A DNA stretch of 64,000 nucleotides from Eledone cirrhosa. Its lineage: Eukaryota. Positions within the stretch are counted from its first letter, which is position 1. Each line of letters begins with the position of its first letter. The position numbers and the translations under genes were made by a program. Below are positions 28,787-41,462 of this stretch, piece by piece. The stretch spans positions 15,872,001 through 15,936,000 of the forward strand of contig OZ024765.1 in assembly GCA_964016885.1 (NCBI GenBank). Direction: 5' to 3'. Below the pieces are notes generated by a model, which ran no database searches, was not told where the DNA came from, and saw only the letters and a program-made list of their open reading frames with translations.

Positions 28787-28975
28787 TAGATATAGAAATG
28801 GCTTCTACAGGACTTGATTTTCTCCAAACGAGACAGTTCATCTGGAAAGCCCTGACGATTTTCTCCAAATGAAACAGATTTAGTCCAGTTGAAGCCATTT
28901 CTATATTAAATACATATACTCTGCTATGTATTGAGTACCTTACTTACTGTGGTTACCCCCGATTGAACCCGGGAT
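28787..28975 (+). mobile_element. Family B PLE-terminus-like element with a damaged hammerhead (28846-28896) and inverted partial copy
   Basis: CTGACGA-T TTT CTCC AAA T-GAAA-CAG..; ATATAGAAATGGCTTC / GAAGCCATTTCTATAT inverted arms; downstream sequence shared with 34881-34950 and 48800-48870. Confidence 0.65.
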
Positions 28976-29215
28976 AAACTTGATTTTATGAAGTCTAAAT
29001 AGTGTATCTTGGTTCTCGGGTGATTCGTCTATTTCTCTCAGGGTCATCATCATTGATATATATATATATATATATATATATAAATTAATAAAAATAATGA
29101 ATAAACAAAGAAACAATTCCTTATATTAAAAAATTCATCATTTTACGATCGTTTCTAGGATATATATGTTAGTGTTGGTATGCATATCCTATAGATCTAT
29201 GTAAAATTTGTCTAC

Positions 29216-29246
<31 letters not shown>

Positions 29247-29340
29247 TATATTTAATAGACAAATCAGGCGGGTCAGTCACTGTATATTTTAGAAAATATC
29301 ATATATTTTCACTAGTTCTGTCATTTGGCAGGTGAACAGT

Positions 29341-29390
29341 GAGCTGTACTGATGAAGGGTGATACCCAGAAACATTTGTGTCTATAGTTC
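29341..29390 (+). ncRNA. Type I hammerhead ribozyme motif with canonical core and GUC site
   Basis: GAGCTGTA-CTGATGA-A GGGT GAT ACCC A-GAAA-CAT TT GTG-TC-TATAGTTC. Stem I is 8 bp (two G.U) and extends imperfectly over 29327-29402. Confidence 0.85.
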
Positions 29391-29519
29391 TGTTTACATG
29401 CCAACACGAGAGCAATAATAAGGGGCTCATGCTAGTGGCATTGGCTTCAAACATGAAGCTTGTTTGCATAATTGCAAACGAATCGAATATTATTATTAAT
29501 ATTCTAAAAACTCAGATTA

Positions 29520-29745
<226 letters not shown>

Positions 29746-29748
29746 TAT

Positions 29749-29789
<41 letters not shown>

Positions 29790-29885
29790 AGCTTCATAGT
29801 GTGACGTTTGGTCTCTTTGGAATATATACACGAGGTTTCGCGCAACTGAACTGACAGGGGTAATATTAGAGAAGTGATATCGCAT

Positions 29886-29923
<38 letters not shown>

Positions 29924-30073
29924 ACAAACACACACACAGGTGTACACTTACACACACACAGTCCCCATCAAGCATGAAACTTGTATATATCTTCAGTGAA
30001 CACTTCATCGTCTGTGTGTTTTCTTCCATATATATATATATACATATACGTACACACACACACACACACACAA

Positions 30074-30165
<92 letters not shown>

Positions 30166-30171
30166 ATATAT

Positions 30172-30330
30172 TGGTTTCAGTCAATAGGCTTCACGGCTGC
30201 TAGGACACCGCCTTGATTTATCCGTTCGTTTGACCCCAGTCTTTTGAAGTCTGATAGTTATGTTATCTGTCATTTCTTTCGATACGCTAGGTTACAGCGC
30301 ATAAAGACAGTCACATATTCGAACTGAAAT
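30172..30330 (-). mobile_element. Degraded SINE with a CR1-type 3' tail
   Basis: GTTTCAGTCAATAGGCT..GGCTGCTAGGACACCGCCTTG resembles the reverse complement of the CR1 tail at 34540-34585; followed by TTGACCCCAGT as in the SINE body. Confidence 0.5.
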
Positions 30331-30360
30331 ATACACAAGCCTCCTCACATATGTGTATGA

Positions 30361-30429
<69 letters not shown>

Positions 30430-30775
30430 AGATGGTTGATTAAATAAGTACTCGTGTTTTGTCTCTCGATTTTTTTCATGTTATCTCGTTGCTTCCTTTC
30501 CTCACTATATCTTTCAATTTTATCTCCTATTTCTAACACTATATACTGGTGAAGCACTATTGTCCGAAACGTTAAGGCACTTTTCCTGCTATTTCAAGCG
30601 TTAAACTAATATAATATTTCCTCCCTACACTGTGGAGTTAGTTGTCTGTTTATATTTTACACACACACAGTTACACACACACATATATATATATATATAT
30701 CATCAAAAAAGTTAATTAGTAAAGAGAAATGAAAATTCACAGTTTGGGACATTAAGTTCTTGTGTGTGTATATAT

Positions 30776-30828
<53 letters not shown>

Positions 30829-30829
30829 A

Positions 30830-30862
<33 letters not shown>

Positions 30863-30998
30863 GTATGCGCGCGTGTGTGTATATATACATGTGCGGGTAT
30901 GATAGCTTAATTGTCTGACGTTAGATCTATTTGGAATATACATACATACACACAATATTTTAGTCTTCACATTTATTATTATTACTATATATATATGT

Positions 30999-31187
30999 CG
31001 GTGGATTGGCAGTGTCGGTAGAGGGTCGGCCGCCATGCTTTGAAGCATAGAGTTACCTCCCTTTATGACCTGAGTTCAAATCCCGCCGAGGTTAACTTTG
31101 CCTTTCATCCTTACGGGGTCGATCAAATAAAGTACCAGTAATATACTGGGTAATTGCTGGCTTTGTGCCAAAAGTAGAAACAAGTAT

Positions 31188-31190
<3 letters not shown>
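30999..31190 (+). mobile_element. Full-length Meta-domain-like tRNA SINE
   Basis: A-box TGGCAGTGTCGG, B-box GAGTTCAAATCC, central domain and AGTAGAAACAA tail. Confidence 0.88.
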
Positions 31191-31223
<33 letters not shown>

Positions 31224-31819
31224 TCACAGAGGTATCCACTGTAAGTTGTGGGGTCTATTCTGCATGAAGAACTCGATGTATTCCATATGTTGAAAGTGTT
31301 GTAGTTTAAGATAAATCTCAGAAAACAATAAAACATTAAAAGGAAAACAGAGTCATGATATAAGTTAAAACAATGAAATAAAAAATCAAGTCATTAGAGA
31401 TATAATTCACTGCTTTACGATCGTTTCTATATGGTGATAATTCATTGTATCTATACTCAGTTATTAATCTATGTAAGTTTGCTAACTATCAGATAGAGAG
31501 AATATTTACTTACATGCATATCACCAGCTGTTTTCAAAAGAAATTTCTTCACAATCTCGACTGCACAGTTTCTCTTGATAACTTGGCAAACCTCACAAGA
31601 ATACTACATCTCTATGATATAGGATTTTTGCAAAGTAGCCACGAAACTGTACAGTTGAGAATGTGAAGAAATAATAGGTATTTATTTATTTATTTATGTT
31701 TCTTTTTTCTTTCTAATGTATTATATATATATATATATATATATATAAAATCAAGGTCTAGCAAATAGATAAAACGTTTTTAAATAAATTTAAAAAAATT
31801 CTCTGTACGTACTATATGC

Positions 31820-31901
31820 GCCTTTACCGCGGTTTCAAATTCCAGAATAAACGGATAATCCAAGCGGGCTTCCATTGAGAATGGAACCATCTTCAGAAGG
31901 C
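31820..31901 (-). ncRNA. Type I hammerhead ribozyme motif with a large loop II
   Basis: Minus strand: GCCTT-CTGAAGA-T GGTTCCA (37 nt) TGGAATT T-GAAA-CCGCGG-TA-AAGGC. Palindromic stem III ACCGCGGT, GUA site. Confidence 0.78.
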
Positions 31902-32020
31902 TCTTCTCACTCGGAGAATATAACATTCTCGAGTTCAAATCACAAACTGACGCCATACAAAACCATTCCCAGATGAGACTGAATGTTAAAAGAAATAATT
32001 ATGTTTGGTACCGTGTGCAA

Positions 32021-32069
<49 letters not shown>

Positions 32070-32501
32070 TATTTACGGGATTCGATGTCAACGTCATGTA
32101 TATCGCTTTAACTTAGTTCAACTCTTCGCCATAACTAAACTACGTAGCCATCTTGTTTATTCTGCTCCCCAGATTCAATTGTTTATGCTTAAATTCTAAT
32201 TCTACTATACCACCGTTCCATTATTCCTTTCCTGTCTATACTATTCGCTTATATTTATTTTATTTTATTCTATAATAGTGAACGCTATGGCCGCTTGTTT
32301 TTATTGTTTCTAGAGTGTTCGTTATAATTATTTTATTGCCACTTCACATCCCTCCATATCCACATCATTTTTGCCGCCATATTGAATCGCTTTATCAATA
32401 TTCACAGCCTACTTATACATACACACACACATATATACTGATAGGCTGTAGCGCTCAAATGTACACGCATGTGCATGTATTATACACTTATGTATATGTG
32501 A

Positions 32502-32532
<31 letters not shown>

Positions 32533-32749
32533 CCCTCATATATGTGCGTGTATATATACATTAATGTTTGTATATGTCTGTATATGTTATATATATGTAT
32601 ATATATATATACATACATTAATGCTTGTATATGTATGTATATGTATACATATATATATACATACACACACACACACATATATACACATACACACACACAT
32701 ATATATATATATACATATATATATTTATAAATTTACACATTTATGTCAG

Positions 32750-32808
<59 letters not shown>

Positions 32809-32845
32809 TACTACATACGGTTTTATCTCTATGGCGTAATAATAA

Positions 32846-32895
<50 letters not shown>

Positions 32896-32949
32896 CTGTT
32901 ATATATACCTATAGCTATATATGCATATTATATATATATATAACTGTTA

Positions 32950-32998
<49 letters not shown>

Positions 32999-33119
32999 CC
33001 TATACATATACATACATTTTATAAATATATAACTGTTTCTAAGTGGTGTCTCATTATTTACAACCTGCAAAGGTATTTCAGAGCAAAACCATTAGCAATC
33101 TACTTACTATTTCATGTAG

Positions 33120-33189
<70 letters not shown>

Positions 33190-33300
33190 CCTCGCTGCCT
33201 ATATTTCACTCTGTATTTCTCCGTCTAACTATCTATCTAGTACATTCCTTACTATGTGTCTGACTCCATGTTTCCTCTCTCTTACATATATATATATATA

Positions 33301-33495
33301 TAACGAAGGAAATGTGGTAAGGAACCAGGTGGACCATAACGCACCAAAGTACTCAATACTTAGGGTAGTAGAGTGGGTAATAGGAACAAGTAAGACCCCG
33401 ACGGCTGAGCTCAAGCCGTCTCGACGGCTAATTCTGTCCAGAATTAGCCGTCGAAACGGCTTGAGCTCAGCCGTCGGGGTCTTACTTGTTCTTAT
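33301..33495 (-). mobile_element. Family A fold-back element
   Basis: Very similar to 268-462; flanked by (TA)n. Confidence 0.75.
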
Positions 33496-33990
33496 ATATA
33501 TATATATGATAATAATGGAGCTGCGGCGTTGCAAATGGGTTACATATGAAAAAGTTTGTCCTTCATCAGTGATCTTCCAACCATCATAGGCATTTCATCG
33601 CTTTAAAGACCATATACCTCCGGTTGGTGCGAGCAACGGCTAAAAAAAGTCGTTGGGACACGTAAATAAAAGGGTCGCGAGGGTAAACAAACAAAATGGT
33701 TTAAGCAACAGAAAGTGTTATATATATATATATATATATAAATAAACACACGCACATTTATGGTCGTAGTGTCACCGTGATCTCACTAAACTAGTTCCTG
33801 ATATGAGAAATATGAGTGGCCACATCCCCCATCATCACCATGACCATAATGAAGCCCATGGTGGGGCACCGCCCTTGAAATATACACATATATATATAAG
33901 TACAAGGATCGGAATTAAGAGTATTCCGCAGTTCAGAGGAATAATAATAATATTAACTCAAAGAAGAATAGAGATTTTTCTTCCGAGCTC

Positions 33991-34086
33991 AAATGCAAAT
34001 TTATTACACAAATAGAAGTGTGTTACACATCTTTACACACATCTCACGGTGTAACACACTTCTATTTGTGTAATATATTTGCATTT
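33991..34086. repeat. Near-perfect inverted repeat (~38-bp arms, ~20-nt spacer)
   Basis: AAATGCAAATTTATTACACAAATAGAAGTGTGTTACAC / GTGTAACACACTTCTATTTGTGTAATATATTTGCATTT. Confidence 0.9.
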
Positions 34087-34267
34087 GGCAGTATCGGTAG
34101 AGGGTCTGACGCCATGCTTTGACGCATAGAGTTACGGCTCTTGCAATTCTGAGTTCAAATCCGGCCGAGGTTAACTTTGCCTTTCATCCTTACGGGGTCG
34201 ATAAAATAAAATACCAGTAATGCACTGGGGTAATTGCTGGCCTTGTGCCAAAAGTAGAAACAATTAT
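34086..34267 (+). mobile_element. Meta-domain-like tRNA SINE
   Basis: A-box, B-box, central domain and tail as in the other copies. Confidence 0.88.
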
Positions 34268-34296
34268 TTACAGTATTAACAATTGTTTATATATAT

Positions 34297-34600
34297 AGAA
34301 TAAGGAGCAGGTATAGCCTGGGATTCAAGGGCCCTCAACTCTTCAACAGGCTGCCGAGGCATCTGAGAGACTTGCATGACGTGGACGTGGATGTCTTTAA
34401 GAAACATCTCGATACCTTGTTATCCAGGATCCCGGATGAGCCCACAGCAAGATACGAGGGAGACCTAAGGGCAGCAGCAACAAACTCCCTCCTACACCAG
34501 TGGCCAACCTATACAGGCTGGAGATAAAATGTGTAGCAACAAGGGCGGTGCCCCAGCATGGCCTCAGCCGGATGGCTGAAACAGGTAAAAGAGTAAAAGA

Positions 34601-34602
<2 letters not shown>
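34297..34602 (+). mobile_element. Short 3' fragment of a second CR1-clade LINE family
   Basis: Frame 34297-34527 reads SLGFKGPQLFNRLPRHLRD..FKKHLDTLLSRIPDEPT..AATNSLLHQ, similar to the C-terminus of the 4325-6121 ORF; 3' hairpin TCAGCC-GGAT-GGCTGA and tail (GTAAAAGA)2. Confidence 0.85.
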
Positions 34603-34645
<43 letters not shown>

Positions 34646-34759
34646 TATGTTTCTTTATTAGCCACAGGGGCACAAAAGAAAGGGACAAATACAAAGGGGG
34701 AAGTTTACATACAATAAAAACGTTTGGTTAATTGCTGGCCTTGTGCCAATAGTAGAAAC

Positions 34760-34813
<54 letters not shown>

Positions 34814-34824
34814 ACAGACATTTA

Positions 34825-34864
<40 letters not shown>

Positions 34865-34880
34865 TATATTTATATATATA

Positions 34881-35017
34881 TACGTTATTCCGGGTTGAAT
34901 CGGAGGTAACCACAGTAAGTAAGGTACTCAATACATTGCAGAGTATAAAAGTTTTAATTTAGATGAGATTCTACAGGACTAGAACTGTTTCATTCTTTAG
35001 AAATCATCAGGAATCTC
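34881..35017 (-). mobile_element. Family B PLE-terminus-like element
   Basis: Shares ~120 bp with 48752-48870 and 28871-28975; begins with a complete hammerhead; flanked by microsatellite. Confidence 0.7.
34965..35017 (-). ncRNA. Type I hammerhead ribozyme motif
   Basis: Minus strand: GAGATTC-CTGATGA-T TTC TAAA GAA T-GAAA-CAG TTCTAGTC CTG-TA-GAATCTC. Perfect 7-bp stem I, GUA site. Confidence 0.83.
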
Positions 35018-35112
35018 TCTCTATATATATATATACAGACATTTACGGTCGTAGTGTCACCGTGATCTTACTCGACTAGTTCCTGATAGGAAAAATATGA
35101 GCCGCCACCATC

Positions 35113-35145
<33 letters not shown>

Positions 35146-35304
35146 GTTTACATATGTACAAGTCTTTCATACACATTACATAACATGTCCGTCGTGTATA
35201 TTTCACGCCACGGTGAAATCTATCGATAGCAGAGCCACTGCTATCACAAATCACAAGAATTTGTAAACACTTTGTCACCCTTCTGACCTCAACGAACCTT
35301 ATCT

Positions 35305-36905
35305 ACCACCTGCACCTCCACCACCTCCACCATCATCACCAACAACAACAACAATAAGAACAGGAACAACAAATGCAGCTATAACTTCACCAGCCCCGCA
35401 CCAACACACCAGCAACAAAAAACAACCCCAACATCAACACCACCACCATCAATAACTGCAAATACAGCTAATACGACACCCACCAGCACCACCACCAACA
35501 ACAACAACTGTAACAACAGCTATAATGGCACCACAAACACCACCACCACCACTAACAACAACACAAACAGCAACTGTAACATCAAATACAGCTATAACGA
35601 GATTACCACCATCACCACCAGTAACAACAACAACAACAGCTGTAACATGAAATACAACAACAACAACACCAACAACACCAACAACGACAACAACACCAAC
35701 AGCGACAACAATTGTAATATGAAATACAGCGATAACGACACCAACACCACCACCAACACCACCAACAACACCACCAACAGCATCACCAACAACATCACCA
35801 CCAACAACAACAACACCACCAACAACACCAACAACAACACCACCAACAACACCACCAACAGCATCACCAACAACATCACCACCAACAACAACAACACCAC
35901 CAACAACACCAACAACAACACCACCAACAACACCACCAACAGCATCACCAACATCACCACCACCAACAACAACAACACCAACAACACCAACACCAACACC
36001 ACTAACAACACCACTAACAACAACACCAATAACAACACCAACAACAACAACACCACCAACAACATCACCAACATCACCACCACCAACAACAACACCAACA
36101 CCAACAACAACACCACCAACAACACCACCAACAGCATCACCATCACCACCACCAACAACAACACCAACACCAACATCACCACCACCACCAACAACAACAC
36201 CAACAACACCAACACCACTAACAACAACACCAACAACAACACCACTAACAACAACACCAACAACAACACCACTAACAACAAGAACAACAACAACACCACT
36301 AACAACAAGAACAACAACAATACCACCACCAACAACACCACCAACAACATCACCAACAATATCACCACCACCGACATTACCACCACCCACCAACAACAAC
36401 AACAACACCACCACCAACACCAACAACAACACCGACACCAACAACTGGAATATGAAATACAACCATAACCACACCTCTAACACCAACACCAACAACAACA
36501 CCAACACCACCAACTGGAATATGAAATACAACCATAACCACACCTCTAACACCAACACCAACAACAACAACACCAACACCAACACCAACAACACCGACAC
36601 CAACAACTGGAATATGAAATACAACCATAACCACACCTCCAACACCAACAACAACAACACCAACACCAACAACAAAACCAACAACTTACAACGGTAATAT
36701 GAAATACAACCATAACAACACCAACAACTAATATGAAATACAAGCATAATAAAACCACTAACAAAACCTACAACAACAACAACAACACCTACAACAACAA
36801 CGACAACACCACTAACAACAACAACACCAACAACACCACTAACAACAGCAACACCAACTGTAATATGGAAAACAGCTAATATGACACCAACAATAACAAC
36901 AACCA
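35305..36905. repeat. (AAC/ACC)n compound repeat punctuated by a CTG(G/T)AATATGAAATACA motif
   Basis: Triplet repeat with the motif recurring, for example near 35640, 35673-35730, 36446, 36514, 36608 and 36694. Confidence 0.88.
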
Positions 36906-37039
36906 GCTCCCCTATAAAAATGTCACATTATCTATACTCTATAATAGAGATAACTAACGACATTCGTCAACACGACCCCATAATTTCAATTTGAACAACC
37001 AGTAGTAATGCATATTTATATATATATATATATATGTGT

Positions 37040-37073
<34 letters not shown>

Positions 37074-37200
37074 GCTTACCCAGATAAATAATAATATATA
37101 TATACATTTATATATATATATATACATATATATATGCTTACAAACATAAATAACAATATATATATATGTATATATATAATACCATTTAACTTTGTAAGCA

Positions 37201-37231
<31 letters not shown>

Positions 37232-37265
37232 GTGTATATATATATTACCATTTATCTTTGTAAGC

Positions 37266-37299
<34 letters not shown>

Positions 37300-37337
37300 C
37301 TGCATATGTATATATATGATATTATTTATCTGTGTAA

Positions 37338-37390
<53 letters not shown>

Positions 37391-37649
37391 TGCATATAGA
37401 TATGTTAGTGAACCCGTTTCCAAATGCGTATAGCTGTATCAGTGCCTGGTAATGAATGTGTTTGTGCGTGGGTTTGACTTTGTGTATTGTGTATATTTTA
37501 CGCCTCCATTGTGTTTCTATGTAACAGGCATATATTCACGAATAGAAGCTTCCTCTTACAACCTTCGCTGTGACAGGAGGCCATTTCTTGTACGGTTTCC
37601 TTTAAAAATATTCATTCTATATTCCATAATATAAATAACAATAATAAGA

Positions 37650-38451
37650 GTAGTTGTTTCTACTTTTGGCACAAGGCCAACAATTACTCCCAGTGTATTA
37701 CTGGTACTTTATGTTATCGACCCCGTAAAGGATGAAAGGCGAAATTAACCTCGGCGGGATTTGAAATCGGACCCTAAAGGGCCGTAACTCTTTGCTGTAT
37801 TGTTATAATAATAATTCTTTCTACACTTGGCACATGTCCAGCAATTACTCCCAGCGTATTACTGGTACTTTATGTTATCGACCCCGTAAAGGATGAAAGG
37901 CGAAATTAACCTCGGCGGGATTTGAAATCGGACCGTAAAGGGCCGTAACTCTTTGCTGTATTGTTATAATAATAATTGTTTCTACTTTTGGCACAAGGCC
38001 AGCAATTACTCAGTCAATTACTGGTACTTTATTTAATAATAATAATAATATATAATAATAATTGTTTCTACTTTGGGCACAAGGCCAGCAAATACCCAGT
38101 GCATTACTGGTACTTTATTTTATAGACCCCGTAAGGATGAAAGGCAAAGTCAACCTCGGCGGGATTTGAACTCAGATCGTAAAGGGACGTAACTATGCTG
38201 GAAAGCATGGCGTCCGACCCTCTACCGATACTGCCAATCCACCATAATAATGGTCTCTTATATAGTCACAGGGCCAGTAATTTGGGGGAGGGGAAAGTCG
38301 ATTAATCGACCCCAGTGCATTACTGGCACTTTATTTGCTCGACCCCGTAAGAATGAAAAGTTAACTTCGGCGGGATTTGAACTCAGATCGTAATGGGGCG
38401 TAACTCTATGCCGCAAAGCATGGTGTCTGGCGCTCTACCGATACTGCCAAT
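37650..38451 (-). mobile_element. Cluster of five tandem Meta-domain-like SINE copies or fragments
   Basis: Two near-identical ~162-bp 5'-truncated units, a tail fragment, a full copy (38057-38248) and a variant copy (38252-38451). Confidence 0.85.
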
Positions 38452-38864
38452 GCTTTCTTTATTAACCACAAGTGTTGACATAAATAATAACATTAAGGAC
38501 AGCATAGGACGGTACAGGACGGTACAAATGGGCATTTCTACGTGTAAAAAAACGAAATTATGTATATAAAAAAAAACAAAGGATGTAGCAAAAAAGAAAC
38601 AAAGGAAATATTCGCCAATAGAACATGTCTATATGGAATACAGACCAATCCTTGGCGCACAGTGATGGAATTCTCAGTTCCAGCAGACTAAATGTTTACT
38701 GCGGTATTTTTCAGGGTGATTCGTCTTGTCCTCTGATATATCACATTGCATTCTACTGGTGTTTTTAGCGCTCAACAAAACAAAATATGGCTACAGAATT
38801 GATAACAAAACAATAAATCACGTATAAACACAATGAATTCTACGAATAAATCAGGTTATTTATA

Positions 38865-39222
38865 TTGAAGCTGTGTGCTCAAAATGACAACGAATTAGAA
38901 GGACTGCTAAAGGTCGTGAAGTTGTTTAGCGTTGATGTGGGGATGGAGTTCGGACAGGACAAATGCGGCAAAGGAACATTCAAGAAAGGTAGAGCGACAA
39001 GCACAAACTCAATGGAAATAGATGTAAAATACAATAATTAGGGATTTAAAACAAGAACAAACCTACTGATATCTAGGGATCAATGAAGGCCAAGGTATTC
39101 ACCTCGCCAGTATGAAAGACTGAATCAGGAAGGAAAGTTACCAGGGAGTACTCGTTATCATTAAAATGGAGCTTAACTCGAGGAATAAATTATCTGCCAT
39201 AAATACGCTTGCAATCCATGTT
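38865..39222 (+). pseudogene. Degraded R4/Dong-clade non-LTR reverse transcriptase fragment
   Basis: LKLCAQNDNELEGLLKVVKLFSVDVGMEFGQDKCGKGTFKKGR, a frameshift, then TY*YLGINE..MKD*IRKE..ELNSRNKLSAINTLAI; fits the R4-type region after the YMDD motif. Absent from the ORF track. Confidence 0.75.
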
Positions 39223-39818
39223 TTCAATATGACTAATAATACTTATAAAATTCTATAAAACAGTGAACTGCGTCTCTACCTCATCAGCTAAACCGTCGGT
39301 GTGCAATTTCGCACATGATTGTGGTATTACATTGAATAGCATTTTGGGCAGCAGACCATAGAACCGATCTGTATGTGATATATCAAATGATGGATAGATA
39401 AATTTACGAATGGCTTTCGTCACCAACAACACCACCACACACACGCACACGCACGCATACACACGCGCGCCGTTTTCTGATTGATTGATCTTCATATGAG
39501 GGACTAAACTCTGTGAATGAACAACGTTAATTTTGTCCCTCATATCAAGGATTTGAAGACAATCCATTTTCACTCGACGAGATCAGTGATAATCGATCAT
39601 GGCTACACGATCGATCTATCTCTTATTGAAACATGTGTCGTAATTAAAATGATTGGACTTTTATACCATGCCTTCGTATCTGTATTTTGATACAAATACT
39701 CCGTTTTACATCATCTAGCTGTTCCCATAAATGGAATTGGAGATATACAAAAGCGTGGAGAAATTAATATTGCTAACAAAAGTTTGTTGGACCGTTTGAC
39801 ACAACCAATAATACACCT

Positions 39819-39860
<42 letters not shown>

Positions 39861-39924
39861 GAAAGTGAGGTTTTTTTTACAAAATGAAAAATAACCGAGG
39901 TGTCCTACACGAGTGAAAGTATAA

Positions 39925-40129
39925 AGAAAAAGAGATGAAATCGAAAATGCAACTGGAGTCTTATTTAAAAAAAATATATATATATTTATTTGGTTCCTTT
40001 ACCGGTTTCGCAGTTCTTCTGCTTTTCAAAAGGTGAGTTGAGATGGAGGGTCTGTGGTTTTTCTCACATCTGTGGTTTTTCTCAGTAAAATAAGACTCCA
40101 GTTGCATATTTGATTTCATCTCTTTTTCT
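39925..40129. mobile_element. PLE-terminus-like island with ~42-bp inverted arms enclosing a hammerhead
   Basis: 39925-39966 is the near reverse complement of 40088-40129; island lies between (TA)n tracts. Confidence 0.65.
39996..40033 (-). ncRNA. Minimal hammerhead motif with a U3-A8 core variant
   Basis: Minus strand: CCTT-TTGAAAA-GCAG AAGAA CTGC-GAAA-CCGG-TA-AAGG. Stems I and II perfect, palindromic stem III ACCGGT. Confidence 0.7.
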
Positions 40130-40166
40130 CTATATATATATATATATATATATATTAGTGTGTTCT

Positions 40167-40253
40167 GTTTTCATCCTTATGGGGTCGATAAAATAAAGTA
40201 CCAGTAATGTACTGGGTAATTGCTGGCCTTGTGCCAATAGTAGAAACAATTAT
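40167..40253 (+). mobile_element. Meta-domain-like SINE 3' fragment
   Basis: TTTCATCCTTATGGGGTCGATAAAATAAAGTACCAG..AGTAGAAACAATTAT. Confidence 0.82.
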
Positions 40254-40680
40254 TTCTGGCATTATTACAATATGACCCTCCCCAAGTATAACTATTTGTT
40301 TCGACACAAAATTTCATATAAAAAACCTTGCAAAACAAATTTATATGTAAAATATTCTGACTAGATGTAAATAATATTTAAAATGTGCAACAGGTAAACG
40401 CTGGAAGGATAGGATATTTAGATTTCAGCAAAAGAAAACAAAAAAAGCAACGTTGGGGGAGAGGACACAGCTTAACATTTATGTCAGCTATCAACCGGAT
40501 TTAACATTTGGGGAAGAGAAGGGTCGACTGAAACGGTCGGGGAAGGAAATCAAAATAAATAAATAGTGTCGGGGACGAGATGGAGATGAAAAGGGAGAGG
40601 TTGAGTGAGAGAGAATTCTCAGAAAAAAATGCCTATATAAAACGAACTAAAAAATGTGAGAGTGCATACACACACACACT

Positions 40681-40740
<60 letters not shown>

Positions 40741-41408
40741 GAGAGAAAGAGAAATAGGGAGTGTGTGTGTGTGGGGGGGGGGATTGGTTCAGGAAGCTCA
40801 GAGTGTTTCTGTTAAAAACTGTCTTGAGAATCTTCTGGTTTTCTTTAGGGAACATTTGACAGAGAACAAGGATTAAAGCATGTGTTCATTGCCATTAAAT
40901 TCACCACCCGTTTAAATGTGATCGATGAGAAAATAATCAATACTCGAATATAACATAAAGAATCTTTAAGAAAACATAAAATCTATTCAGAGAATATAAT
41001 ATAAAGATATCAATATAAAATATATGATATAAAATGATTTAAAATGGAGGAAAGAGAAAAAATTGAAGAATATAAAGACAATGGCAGAATGTATTTGTTG
41101 ATACAAGTAAAAAACGAATGAAGCGAAATGAATCTGTAGTTGGTTGTTTCGTTAAATGTTAACTTTCTGTTTCACAATAGACAGACGATATAAACTCTCT
41201 AAGGGATGAAATGGAGGAAAGAAAGGATCTGCTGTTTAAATCCATTGGAGTCTTACAATAGAGAGAGATAGATTGATGAATGTACTGATAAACAGTGAGA
41301 GACAAGATGTGTGTGTGTGTGTGGGGGGGGTATACATATATATATATATATAATGCATACATATATATCTATATATAAATATATATATATATATGTATTT
41401 CTATTTGT

Positions 41409-41462
<54 letters not shown>

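Noticed and set aside
35449-36747. Val/Gly-rich and Asn/Thr-rich ORFs
   Set aside because: Products of an (AAC/ACC)n repeat; the recurring motif falls in different frames.
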